Source of the DNA: Burkholderiales bacterium
Lineage (GTDB): Bacteria; Pseudomonadota; Gammaproteobacteria; Burkholderiales; Burkholderiaceae_F
DNA length: 64,000 nt
Direction of reading: 5' to 3'
Assembly (NCBI GenBank): GCA_016716275.1
Contig: JADJWR010000002.1
Location: 525,662 to 589,661, forward strand
Both the position numbers and the translations under genes were made by a program. The notes under the pieces were generated by a model, which was not told the DNA's origin, ran no database searches, and saw nothing but the letters and a program-made list of their open reading frames with translations. Shown here piece by piece: positions 42,922-51,878 of the stretch (the first letter of the stretch is position 1; each line of letters begins with the position of its first letter).

Positions 42922-44373
42922 CTAGAAGGATCCGAACACGCTGCCCAGCGCGATGACGGCGACGAGCGCGACGATCGGGCCGACGATGACGGCCATCGCG
43001 ACGTCGAAGTAGCTTTCCCGGTGGGTCGAGCCGCAGACCGCCAGCAGGGTCACGATGGCGCCGTTGTGCGGCAGGCTGTCGAGCGTGCCGGCGGCGATGG
43101 CCGCCACGCGGTGCAGGACCGCCGGGTCGATGCCCTGCGCCTGCGCCAGCGCGACATAGGTGCCGCCGAGCGCGTCGAGCGCGATCGTCATGCCGCCGGA
43201 GGCCGAGCCGGTGAGGGCGGCGAGGATGTTGGTCGATACGGCCAGCGACACCAGCAGCCCGCCTTCGATCGACAGCACCCAGTCGCGCACCAGTTCGAAC
43301 GCCGGCATGGCGGCGACCACTGCGCCGAAGCCCACCAGGCTCGCCACGCTGAGCACCGGCAGCACCGACGCATTGGCGCCGGCGTCCATCGATTCGCGCA
43401 CCGCCAGCAGGCGGCCGCGGTTCAGCAGCAGCAAGGCGACGATCGCGCAGATGAGCGCGACGATCACCGACCACACGCCGCTGGCGCCGGCCAGCGACAG
43501 GCCGCTGAAGCGTTCCTGCTCGACGAAACTCATGTCGAGCCGGGGGAGGATGACGAACGACATCAGCAGGTTGACGCCGATCACCACCGCCAGCGGGGCA
43601 ATCGCGACGGCGAAACCCGGCTCGCTCACGCTCGGCCGGCCGCGCGCGGCCTCCGGTGGATCGAACGTGCTGGCGGTGGTCGCCCGCTCGCGCAGCAGCG
43701 GATCGTCGGCGACCGACGCTGCGCCGCTCGCCGCGGCAGCAAAACCCTCGCCCCGGCGCCGCGCGGCGGACTCGGCGCGCGACAGCCAGGCCAGACCGAA
43801 GGCCAGCATGATCACCGAGGCGATCAGGCCGAGCCCGGGCGCCGCGAACGGCGTGGTGCCGAAGAATGGCATCGGGATCGCGTTCTGGATAGCCGGCGTG
43901 CCGGGCATCGCGGTCATGGTGAACGTCGTGGTGCCCAGCGCGATCGCCGCGGGCATCAGCCGCCGCGGGATGTCGGCGGCCTGGAACAGCGCCATCGCCA
44001 TCGGGCCGATGACGAAGAAGGCCACGAAGAGACTGACCCCGCCGTAGGTCACCAGCGCGCCGGCCAGCACCACGGCCAGGATCGCCCGCCGCGCACCGAG
44101 CTTCTCGGTCATGAAGCGGGCGATCGCTGCCACCGAACCGCTGTCCTCCATCAGCTTGCCGAACAGCGCGCCGAGCAGGAACAGCGGGAAGAACTGCGCC
44201 ACGAAGCCGGCGGCTGAACCCATGAAGGTGTGGGTCCAGTGGGCCAGCAGCGGCTCGCTCGAAAACGCCGCCACCAGAGCCGCCGCGGCGGGCGCCAGCA
44301 GCAGCACGCTCCAGGCGCGGAACGAAAGCCACATCAGCACCGTCAGCGCCAGCAGGATGCCGAGCAGGCCCAT
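42922..44373 (-). CDS. GntP-family permease (gluconate:H+ symporter family)
   Basis: 483-aa polytopic ORF: MGLLGILLALTVLMWLSFRAWSVLLLAPAAA...FPLFLLGALFGKLMEDSGS, with a central hydrophilic loop. Confidence 0.8.
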   Translation of the reverse strand: MGLLGILLALTVLMWLSFRAWSVLLLAPAAAALVAAFSSEPLLAHWTHTFMGSAAGFVAQFFPLFLLGALFGKLMEDSGSVAAIARFMTEKLGARRAILAVVLAGALVTYGGVSLFVAFFVIGPMAMALFQAADIPRRLMPAAIALGTTTFTMTAMPGTPAIQNAIPMPFFGTTPFAAPGLGLIASVIMLAFGLAWLSRAESAARRRGEGFAAAASGAASVADDPLLRERATTASTFDPPEAARGRPSVSEPGFAVAIAPLAVVIGVNLLMSFVILPRLDMSFVEQERFSGLSLAGASGVWSVIVALICAIVALLLLNRGRLLAVRESMDAGANASVLPVLSVASLVGFGAVVAAMPAFELVRDWVLSIEGGLLVSLAVSTNILAALTGSASGGMTIALDALGGTYVALAQAQGIDPAVLHRVAAIAAGTLDSLPHNGAIVTLLAVCGSTHRESYFDVAMAVIVGPIVALVAVIALGSVFGSF

Positions 44374-44377
44374 GACG

Positions 44378-45415
44378 TCAGATGCCTTCGAGGAACTCGT
44401 CGATGTCCAGCGTCGAGCGCACGCCGAGGTCGGCGCCGTGCTGCTCGAGGAACAGCGCCGCGGCGCTGCGCCCGGCGTCGCGCAGCATCAGGAAGAAGTC
44501 CCACTCGGCCAGCATCTTCGACGAGTAGCCCAGGTCGAGCATGATGTCGCTGGCGATCCGATGCAGGCGCATCCTGGCCAGTAGCTTGCCTTCGCCGGAG
44601 CCCGGATCGGCGACCTGCCGCAGCAGCGCGGCGGCCCGCAGTTCCTTGATCAGCGTCGAATTGAAGGCGATCTCGTTGAGCCGGTTGTGGATCTCGCGCG
44701 CGGTGCGCGGCGTTCCGGGGCGCTCGATCGGATTGATCTGCACGATGATGGTGTCGTGCGACGAGCACTCCCTGATCAGCGGCGCCATCGACGGGTTGCC
44801 GGAATAGCCGCCGTCCCAGTAGGCGTCGCCGTCGATCTCGACCGCCTGGAACATCGTCGGCAGGCAGGCCGACGCCAGCAGGACGTCGGGTGTCACGTCG
44901 GCGTTGCGGAAGACCCGGCCGCGGCCGGTGCGCACGTTGGTCGCGGTGACGAACAGCTTGATCGGCGCCTGCTTCAGGCGGTCGAAGTCGATCTGCTCGA
45001 ACAGGATCTTCTCGAGCGGATTGCTGGCGAGCGGGTTCAGGTCATACGGCGAGACCACCCGCGCCGCCAGGTCCATGGCGACGAACAGCGGCGAATAGTC
45101 CAGCGTCCAGTTGCCGGTGATCACCTCCAGCGGGCCGCGGCGGATCGGACTGAACCGGGCGGCGTCGGAGACGGCGCGCCAGAAGCGCTCGAGCGCCTGC
45201 CGTGCACCGTCGGCGCCGCCGGCGGCGTAGCCGTCGACCATCACCGCCGCGTTCATCGCGCCGGCCGACGTGCCGGAGATGCCGTCGTACTTCAGCCACG
45301 GTTCCTCGAGCAGGCGGTCGAGCACGCCCCAGGTGAAGGCGCCGTGGGCGCCGCCGCCCTGCAGCCCGAGATCGGCCAGGACGGGCTTGCTTTTGACAGG
45401 ACGTGGTGTCGGCAT
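44378..45415 (-). CDS. Patatin-like phospholipase
   Basis: Oxyanion motif LQGGGAHGAF, nucleophile GTSAGA (G-x-S-x-G), catalytic Asp context YWDGGYSGNP. ATG at complement of 45413-45415. Confidence 0.85.
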   Translation of the reverse strand: MPTPRPVKSKPVLADLGLQGGGAHGAFTWGVLDRLLEEPWLKYDGISGTSAGAMNAAVMVDGYAAGGADGARQALERFWRAVSDAARFSPIRRGPLEVITGNWTLDYSPLFVAMDLAARVVSPYDLNPLASNPLEKILFEQIDFDRLKQAPIKLFVTATNVRTGRGRVFRNADVTPDVLLASACLPTMFQAVEIDGDAYWDGGYSGNPSMAPLIRECSSHDTIIVQINPIERPGTPRTAREIHNRLNEIAFNSTLIKELRAAALLRQVADPGSGEGKLLARMRLHRIASDIMLDLGYSSKMLAEWDFFLMLRDAGRSAAALFLEQHGADLGVRSTLDIDEFLEGI

Positions 45416-45536
45416 GGCAGGGATGACCGGGCGGAGGGGAGAAACGAACTCGGCCGTTCTTGCCCGCTCGCCGACCACGCGCCGGCAGATCTGCGGCCGC
45501 CGGCCGGAGGGCCGACGGCCGCCGGGCCTGCCGAGG

Positions 45537-46118
45537 CTAGAGGCTTAGCCGGGTGATACGGCTGCCGTCGAGTGCGACGCTGCCCATCAGGCCGGAGTTG
45601 GTCAGCACGAAGCCGATCACTTCCTGTTGCGCAGTCTGGGTAGTGACCTGCGCGTTGGCGCCGACTGTCAGCATCGAAATGTTGGCATCGGCACCCGCGG
45701 TCCAGCCGCTGCTCGACTCGAAACGCCGCAACGCCGGCTCGGTCATGAACAGCAGGAACACTGCCTGCGACTGCGCGCCGGCCAGCAGGCCGACCGAGCC
45801 GCCGGTCATGCTGAAGTAGCCCGAGGTCTTGCCGCCCTTGCGCAAGACGCCTTGACCGTGCGTGCCGCCGACGATGAAGCCGGCTGAGACGACGGAGGGA
45901 AACACCAGCATGCCGCGTGCCGAGTTGACGAGCTCACGCGAGCCCGGCTGCTGCGCGTACAGCCGCGAAAGCGCGCTGTCGGCCGACGAGTCGAGTGCCT
46001 GGCGGCGAGCAGCGGGGTCACCGCCGGTATCCGAGGTCGTCGTGCACCCGGCTGCTGCGACAGTGAGGACCGCCAGCCCTGCACCAGTGATCAGTACGCT
46101 TCTTCTTTGCTTATCCAT
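45537..46118 (-). CDS. SYLF/Ysc84-like (DUF500) lipoprotein; paralog of 18954-19541
   Basis: GGAGG lies upstream of the ATG. Lipobox LTVAAAGC. MLVFPSVVSAGFIVGGTHGQGVLRKGGK and GGSVGLLAGAQSQAVFLLFM parallel the other copy. Confidence 0.7.
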   Translation of the reverse strand: MDKQRRSVLITGAGLAVLTVAAAGCTTTSDTGGDPAARRQALDSSADSALSRLYAQQPGSRELVNSARGMLVFPSVVSAGFIVGGTHGQGVLRKGGKTSGYFSMTGGSVGLLAGAQSQAVFLLFMTEPALRRFESSSGWTAGADANISMLTVGANAQVTTQTAQQEVIGFVLTNSGLMGSVALDGSRITRLSL

Positions 46119-46174
46119 GAAATCGGAACCTCCGAGTTGTTGGTATTGGACCTGCTGTTGCATTTGCGCCGTGG

Positions 46175-46771
46175 TCACTCGCCGCAGAGCAGGCGCATCC
46201 GGCGCTCGGCGATGTTGAATTCGTCGTCGGTATTGGCCGCCAGCACCTGTTCCTTGGCCTGCTCGCAGGCGGTGGCCTGCTGCACGTCGGCCGCCGGCGG
46301 CGGCGCGGCTTTGGCCGGGGCGGCCTTGGCGGGCGCGGCCTGCGCGCGCGGAGCGCAACGGCTGTCGGGCACCAGGCGGATGTTGGCGAACTGCCCCTGT
46401 TCAACCGCAACGCAGTCGCCGACGCGCTTGCCGGCCTGGTCGGAGACGATGCGCACCGTGGTTGTGCCGTCGACCAGCACCGTGTACTCGAAGGCCTGCG
46501 AGCGGCCGGCCAGCGAGCCGACGCCGCGGCCGGCAGCCGCGCCGCCGAGGGTGCGCAGCGCGCGGTTGCTTCCCGACTGTCCGCTGCCGGAGGCCAGGCC
46601 GACGCCGCCGCCCACCAGCGTGCCGACGTTGCGCGACGTGCTGTCGGTGACGGTGGTCGTCTGCACGTTGGTGATGCGGCCGTACTGGACCCGGGCCTGG
46701 GCGTGGGCCACCTCGGCGGCGCCGAGCGTGGCGGCGGCCAGGAAGGCGATCGTTCCGAACTTGCCGATCAT
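46175..46771 (-). CDS. Secreted glycine-zipper protein with a Pro/Ala/Lys linker and a Cys-containing C-domain
   Basis: MIGKFGTIAFLAAATLGAAEVAHA signal peptide, GTLVGGGVGLASGSGQSG and GGAAAGRGVGSLAG zippers, AAPAKAAPAKAAPPPA linker. GGAGAG lies upstream. Confidence 0.6.
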   Translation of the reverse strand: MIGKFGTIAFLAAATLGAAEVAHAQARVQYGRITNVQTTTVTDSTSRNVGTLVGGGVGLASGSGQSGSNRALRTLGGAAAGRGVGSLAGRSQAFEYTVLVDGTTTVRIVSDQAGKRVGDCVAVEQGQFANIRLVPDSRCAPRAQAAPAKAAPAKAAPPPAADVQQATACEQAKEQVLAANTDDEFNIAERRMRLLCGE

Positions 46772-46898
46772 CGTTTCTCTCCGGTTGGGAATGACGCGGT
46801 GCGGGAGAATACGCTGTTCCACCTTCGCTAGTGGAAGCCACCGATCCGTGCTCGGGTTGCGGTGCCGGTCGCCGCGGGTAGAATCCCGCGCTTTTCGT

Positions 46899-49412
46899 TC
46901 AGCGGTCCTCGGTTTTCGAGGTCACGCTGTCCATGGCCCGGCGCAGGCCGCTGGCGGCATCGCCGGCAACGCTGCGCAGGTGCAGGTCGCGCTGCGGCAG
47001 CGGCACCTCGATGCCGGCCTCGGCCAGTCCGTCGCGGATCTTCATCGCCAGTTCGCTGCGCACCATTACCCAGTCGGCCCGTTCGGTGGTCCAGACGCGG
47101 ACGCTGAAGTCGAGCGCGCCGGCGGTCAGTCCGGTCACGATCACGTTGGGGGGAGGCGAGAACGACACCCCGTCGACCGAGCGGGCGATGCTGTCCAGCA
47201 GTTCCACCGTGCGCCGCGGGTCGGCGCTGAAGGTGGTGCTGAGGTCGACGTTGATCCGCCTTCGGGTCCCGGTCAGCGTCCAGTTGACCAGCTTGTCGGC
47301 GATCAGCATGCCGTTGGGCACCACCACGTCGGCGCCGTCGAAGGTGGTGATGGTGGTGGCGCGCAGGCCGATCTCGCGCACCACGCCGACCATCGTCGCC
47401 ACCTCGACCGTGTCGCCGCGCTGGATCGGCCGCTCGAACATCAGGATCAGGCCGGCGACGAAGTTGCGCACCACGTCCTGCAGGCCGAAGCCGATGCCCA
47501 CGCCGAGCGCGCCGAAGATCAGCGTCAGCTGGCCGACCTGGAAGCCTGCCGCGGCCAGGGCGGCCAGCAGCCCGAGGAACAGGATGACGTAGTAGCTGAG
47601 CGACGAGACGCTGTTGCCGACGCCGCGCGGCAGCGACAGGCTCGGCAGGATGTCCTCGGCCAGCACCTGGCGGATCGTCTTCGACAGCCAGAACGCGGCC
47701 CAGGTGGCCAGCGCGAAGGTCGCCAGGCTGCCCAGGCTGAGCGACAGTTCGCCGAGCTTGAACTCGTGCGTCAACACGGTCATCACGAAGGAGGCGACCG
47801 GGCGGTAGATGCGGAACGACTGCAGGGTGAACAGCAGCCAGGCACCGACCACCACCGCGCGCCCGACATTGACCGCCGCCGGCAGCAGCGAGGCGGCGTA
47901 GCGCGCCGACAGCCGTGCTGCCGTCGGACCGGCCAGCAGCACCTGCAGCAGCGCCAGCGCCACCTTGCTGCCGGCATACAGCGCCAGCGCGACATAACTG
48001 CTGGCCAGCGTCGCCGACACCAGCATTGCCGACAGCGAGACGTTGCCCAGCAGGTTGGCAATGGCTGCCACCGCGAGCACGCCGCAGGCGAGCCAGGCCA
48101 CCAGCTTCCAGCTGCGCACCGGGAAGCCTTTCTCGCCGGCCCCGGTGCCGCGCAGGGCGTGCAGCAGATGCCAGGCCAGCGTCAGCAGCATCAGCAGGTT
48201 GATGCCCAGCAGAAGCATCCGGTACAGCAGCGGGCTGCCGACCAGCAGCGACACGACCACATTCAGGAAATAGAAGATGGCGCTCAGATAAGCCCATGGA
48301 CCGACCAGGCTGAGCAGGCGCCGCTGCAGCAGTGCCAGCAGCGGGATCCACGCCAGCAGCATCACCAGCTGCTGGCGCAGGTTCGGCCCCTGCAGCCCGT
48401 AGACGATCGCGCCTGCCGCCACCAGCAGCAGCCAGGCCGCCCACGGCCGCGACAGCGCCTGCAGCGCGTTATCGCTCAACTGCTCGGCGGCGACCAGCGC
48501 CCGCGCCCGCCGGCGCAGCCAGAACATAAGCGGCAGCAGCACGGCGGCTGCTGCGCCGAGCGCCGGCAGCAGGCGGGCGCGGGCGGCATCGTGATCGCGG
48601 GCAAAAGCGGTCTCGATCGCCAGGCTGCGCCACAGCCCGGCGGCCACCGGCTCGCGTTGATCGACGTCGCGAACTGCCTGCCAGAACGGCGGCGAATCCA
48701 TCGTCGCCAGGCGCCGGTCCTCCTCGGCAACCTGGCGGGCGACTTCGGCCACGCCCGCCTGAACCTGCGCAGAGAGCGCGCTGCTCCTGCGGCCCAGATC
48801 GATCAGCCTGGACAGCGGCTCGGCCAGCAACGACCGCGCCCGCTCGGTCAGCGCGACCATCTCTTCCGAACGCTGCCTCAGTGCTGACGACAGATCGGCC
48901 TGGGCGCTGGTCGCCTGCCACGCCGCACGCCGGGTGTCCAGCTCGGCGGCGTCCTCGGAGGCGGTGTTGGTCGCGCGCATCAGCTCGGCGCGCGTCTGCG
49001 CCAGCGTGCGCTCCTGCAGCAGCCAGTGACGCTCGAGGCTTTCCAGCCGTTGCACCGACAGCGCCGACAAGTCGGATCCTTCGGTCACTTCGGTCAGCCG
49101 GTCGATCGCCGCCGCCTGCCGCGACAGGGCCTGCTCGATGCGCAGTACCCGGTCATGCGCCTGCGCACGGCGCTGCGCCGACTGGATGAACTTCTCGTCG
49201 GCGTCGGCGCGCGACGGAATGTCGGCCGGCGCGATGCCCGCGTCGCGTTCGGTCGCCGCGTCGGCCGGCGAGGCGGGCTGCGCGTCGACGGGCAGGAAGC
49301 CCAGCGTCAGCAGCAGTCCCAGCAGAATCGCGCCGAGCCCGCGCATCGGACAGAACGCCGCCGCCTGCCGCCGGTCGGGGTGGCCGACGGGCTGGCTCGG
49401 CATCGCCGTCAT
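46899..49412 (-). CDS. MscK/KefA-like mechanosensitive channel (long periplasmic coiled-coil N-domain plus MscS core)
   Basis: The C-terminal MscS core is GALGVGIGFGLQDVVRNFVAGLILMFERPIQRGDTVEV. There are multiple TM segments and a signal-like MRGLGAILLGLLLTLGFLPVDA (alternative start 49346). The upstream part of the 1097-aa track ORF is spurious. Confidence 0.85.
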   Translation of the reverse strand: MTAMPSQPVGHPDRRQAAAFCPMRGLGAILLGLLLTLGFLPVDAQPASPADAATERDAGIAPADIPSRADADEKFIQSAQRRAQAHDRVLRIEQALSRQAAAIDRLTEVTEGSDLSALSVQRLESLERHWLLQERTLAQTRAELMRATNTASEDAAELDTRRAAWQATSAQADLSSALRQRSEEMVALTERARSLLAEPLSRLIDLGRRSSALSAQVQAGVAEVARQVAEEDRRLATMDSPPFWQAVRDVDQREPVAAGLWRSLAIETAFARDHDAARARLLPALGAAAAVLLPLMFWLRRRARALVAAEQLSDNALQALSRPWAAWLLLVAAGAIVYGLQGPNLRQQLVMLLAWIPLLALLQRRLLSLVGPWAYLSAIFYFLNVVVSLLVGSPLLYRMLLLGINLLMLLTLAWHLLHALRGTGAGEKGFPVRSWKLVAWLACGVLAVAAIANLLGNVSLSAMLVSATLASSYVALALYAGSKVALALLQVLLAGPTAARLSARYAASLLPAAVNVGRAVVVGAWLLFTLQSFRIYRPVASFVMTVLTHEFKLGELSLSLGSLATFALATWAAFWLSKTIRQVLAEDILPSLSLPRGVGNSVSSLSYYVILFLGLLAALAAAGFQVGQLTLIFGALGVGIGFGLQDVVRNFVAGLILMFERPIQRGDTVEVATMVGVVREIGLRATTITTFDGADVVVPNGMLIADKLVNWTLTGTRRRINVDLSTTFSADPRRTVELLDSIARSVDGVSFSPPPNVIVTGLTAGALDFSVRVWTTERADWVMVRSELAMKIRDGLAEAGIEVPLPQRDLHLRSVAGDAASGLRRAMDSVTSKTEDR

Positions 49413-49423
49413 TGGCGGTCGAT

Positions 49424-50233
49424 TCACTTGCCGGCGACGGTCTCGCTCTCGACCACCAGGTCGAGCACGTAGACCGCGGCGGGTCCGTCGGCCGGCGCCG
49501 GCTTGCGCTCGTAGCGATCGATGCGCAGCACGTTGCGCACGCCGGGCGTGTGCGTGAAGCCTTCGATGCTGCCGTCGAAGGGCCGCCACGGTCCGGGCGG
49601 GTCCTTGCGCAGGCCCTTGCCGTCGAAGCGCAGCTCGCGCACCTGAAGGCAACTGCCCGCCGTGGCCGACGGCTGGCTGCATTGCACCGTCTGCGCCGCG
49701 ACCTCGAGGAAGACCCGCTTCGGCGCGCCGTACAGGCTGCGCAGCGTCGGCTGCCCGCTGAAGCTCAGCACCTGCTGCGCCGGCGTCGACAGGCGCAGCA
49801 CAGGCGTCGGTCCGCGCGTCAGTGCCACGGTCAGCGGCTGCGCAAGCAGGCCCGACAGCGCCGCATCGGCCTGCATCAGCGGCTCGTCGCAGGCCATCAT
49901 CGTCCCCGCCAGCCGACCCATCGACATCTGCCCGGTCGGATGCAGCCGCCAACCGCCGACCAGCTGGTTGCAGCCACCCTTGATGCTCAGCCGCGCTCCA
50001 TCGAAGCTCATCACGTACGGATGGCCCGGCGGCAACAGCGTGTCGATCGGTTGCCCCGCACTGTCGGTGGCCGACTGCAGCGTCCAGCGATGATCCTGTA
50101 GCGCCCTGACGATGGCCGGATCGGCGGTGCGCGACCGTGGCGCAGGGGAGGGGGCCCCGCCGGCCAGTGCCTCGATGGGCGAGCCGGCGCACAGTGCGGC
50201 CATCAGGGTCAACACGCGAGCGATGATCGACAT
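49424..50233 (-). CDS. Secreted META-domain (HslJ-like) protein with a DUF4377-like C-domain
   Basis: MSIIARVLTLMAALCAGSPIEALA signal peptide. HRWTLQSATDSAGQPIDTLL...MSFDGARLSIKGGCNQLVGGW has the META pattern. ATG at complement of 50231-50233. Confidence 0.7.
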   Translation of the reverse strand: MSIIARVLTLMAALCAGSPIEALAGGAPSPAPRSRTADPAIVRALQDHRWTLQSATDSAGQPIDTLLPPGHPYVMSFDGARLSIKGGCNQLVGGWRLHPTGQMSMGRLAGTMMACDEPLMQADAALSGLLAQPLTVALTRGPTPVLRLSTPAQQVLSFSGQPTLRSLYGAPKRVFLEVAAQTVQCSQPSATAGSCLQVRELRFDGKGLRKDPPGPWRPFDGSIEGFTHTPGVRNVLRIDRYERKPAPADGPAAVYVLDLVVESETVAGK

Positions 50234-50443
50234 AGGCTTTCTGGTTCCTCGTTCACCCGGCCGCGCTGCACGGTCGGCGCCGGTCGCCTGCGCGTGCTGC
50301 CGCAGGCGAGGCCGGCGAAGTCTACGGCGCCGACCACAGTTCGGGATGCCCGCAAGGCAGCCGGGGCCGCAGGGCCAGCGGCGGTCTTCAGGCACACTTG
50401 CCGCCGCGCAATCGCCGACCTTCCGCGGCGCCACATCCGATCG

Positions 50444-51487
50444 ATGGACCGACTTCGCGCCCTGGTTTACGGCTCCGCACTGCTGCTGATCGTCGGCTGG
50501 GTGCTGTACATCGGCCAGGCGATCTTCATTCCGGCGGTGCTCGGTGCCGTCATCGTCTACGTGATCGTCGGCCTGGCGCATGCCTTCGACCGTCTTCCCG
50601 TCCTCGGGCGCCGGCTGCCGCTGCAGCTGCGCTACCTGTTCTCGATCGCGGTGATCGGCCTGGTGTTCTTCCTGCTGGTCTATCTGGTGATGGCCAACCG
50701 GGAGCGGGCGATCGAGCTGGCGCCGCAGTACCAGCAGTCGCTGCTGGCGGCGATCCAGCGGGCGGCGGTGTACCTCGGCGTCGAGACCGAGCCGAGCTGG
50801 AACACGCTGCGGCAGGACCTGCTGGCGCAGGTCAACCTGCAGCGGCTGGTCGGCTCGCTGCTGGCCTCGCTGGGGTCGATCGTGGTGACCTTCGTGGTCG
50901 TCTTCCTGTACGCCGCCTTCCTGCTGCTCGAACGGCGCTTCTTCGAGACCAAGCTCGCCAACCTGTCCGACGACCCGGCGCGTGTCGCGCGCATCCGCCA
51001 GGTCATCGAGGCGATCAACCGGCGCATCGGTTCGTACCTGGCGCTGAAGACGCTGCTCAGCCTGCTGCTGGGCCTCGCGAGCTACGGCGTGATGCGGCTT
51101 TTCGGGCTCGAGTTCGCCGCGCTGTGGGCCGTGCTGGCGGCGTTCCTGAACTTCATTCCCTACGTCGGCTCGGTGCTCGGCGTGCTGCTGCCGGGGCTGA
51201 TGGCGGTGGTGCAGTTCGAGGATATCGGCCTGATCCTGACCCTGCTGCTGGCGCTGACCAGCGTGCAGTTCGTCATCGGCAACTTCCTCGATCCCTACCT
51301 GATGGGCAACTCGCTGAACCTGAGCCCGTTCGCCATCCTCGTCAGCCTGGCGCTGTGGTCGGAGCTGTGGGGCGTGCCCGGCGCCTTTCTCGCGGTGCCG
51401 ATCACGGCGATCGCGGCGATCGTGTTCTCGGCCTTTCCGGGCACGCGGCCGATTGCCGTGCTGCTGTCGAACAACGGGCGCATCTGA
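50444..51487 (+). CDS. AI-2E family transporter (PerM/YhhT-like)
   Basis: 347-aa polytopic ORF. The conserved C-terminal pattern is FLNFIPYVGSVLG...DPYLMGNSLNLSPFAILVSLALWSELWGVPGAFLAVPI. Confidence 0.85.
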   Translation: MDRLRALVYGSALLLIVGWVLYIGQAIFIPAVLGAVIVYVIVGLAHAFDRLPVLGRRLPLQLRYLFSIAVIGLVFFLLVYLVMANRERAIELAPQYQQSLLAAIQRAAVYLGVETEPSWNTLRQDLLAQVNLQRLVGSLLASLGSIVVTFVVVFLYAAFLLLERRFFETKLANLSDDPARVARIRQVIEAINRRIGSYLALKTLLSLLLGLASYGVMRLFGLEFAALWAVLAAFLNFIPYVGSVLGVLLPGLMAVVQFEDIGLILTLLLALTSVQFVIGNFLDPYLMGNSLNLSPFAILVSLALWSELWGVPGAFLAVPITAIAAIVFSAFPGTRPIAVLLSNNGRI

Positions 51488-51491
51488 CCGC

Positions 51492-51869
51492 TCAGGCCAG
51501 GGCCTTGGCCTTGAGCCGGTCGAACTCCGACTGGTTGATCGTGCCGGCATCGAGCAGCGCCTTGGCCTCGGCGATCTCGGCGGCCGGCGTGCGGCCGGCC
51601 ACGCCCTTGATGTACGCCTCGGTGTCGCTCTTTGCCCGCTGCATGCTGGCGCGCTGCCGTGCCGCCATGCCCTGGCCGCGGCCGACGATGTAGACGATCG
51701 CGGTCAGCACCGGAAGGAAGATGAGCCCGATCACCCACAGCACCTTCGAGCCGCCGCCGAGTTGGTCGTCGCGGAACAGGTCGACGACGATCTGGAACAT
51801 GATGATCAGGTAGGCGACGAAGAAGAAGGTCGAGATCATCAACACGACCGCGTCCCAGAAATTGCTCAT
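51492..51869 (-). CDS. Small membrane protein with a PLD-nuclease-N-like TM pair and a C-terminal SHOCT domain
   Basis: 125 aa with two TM helices (LWVIGLIFLPVLTAIVYIV). C-terminal LLDAGTINQSEFDRLKAKAL is a SHOCT-like motif. Confidence 0.7.
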   Translation of the reverse strand: MSNFWDAVVLMISTFFFVAYLIIMFQIVVDLFRDDQLGGGSKVLWVIGLIFLPVLTAIVYIVGRGQGMAARQRASMQRAKSDTEAYIKGVAGRTPAAEIAEAKALLDAGTINQSEFDRLKAKALA

Positions 51870-51878
51870 GACATCCCT

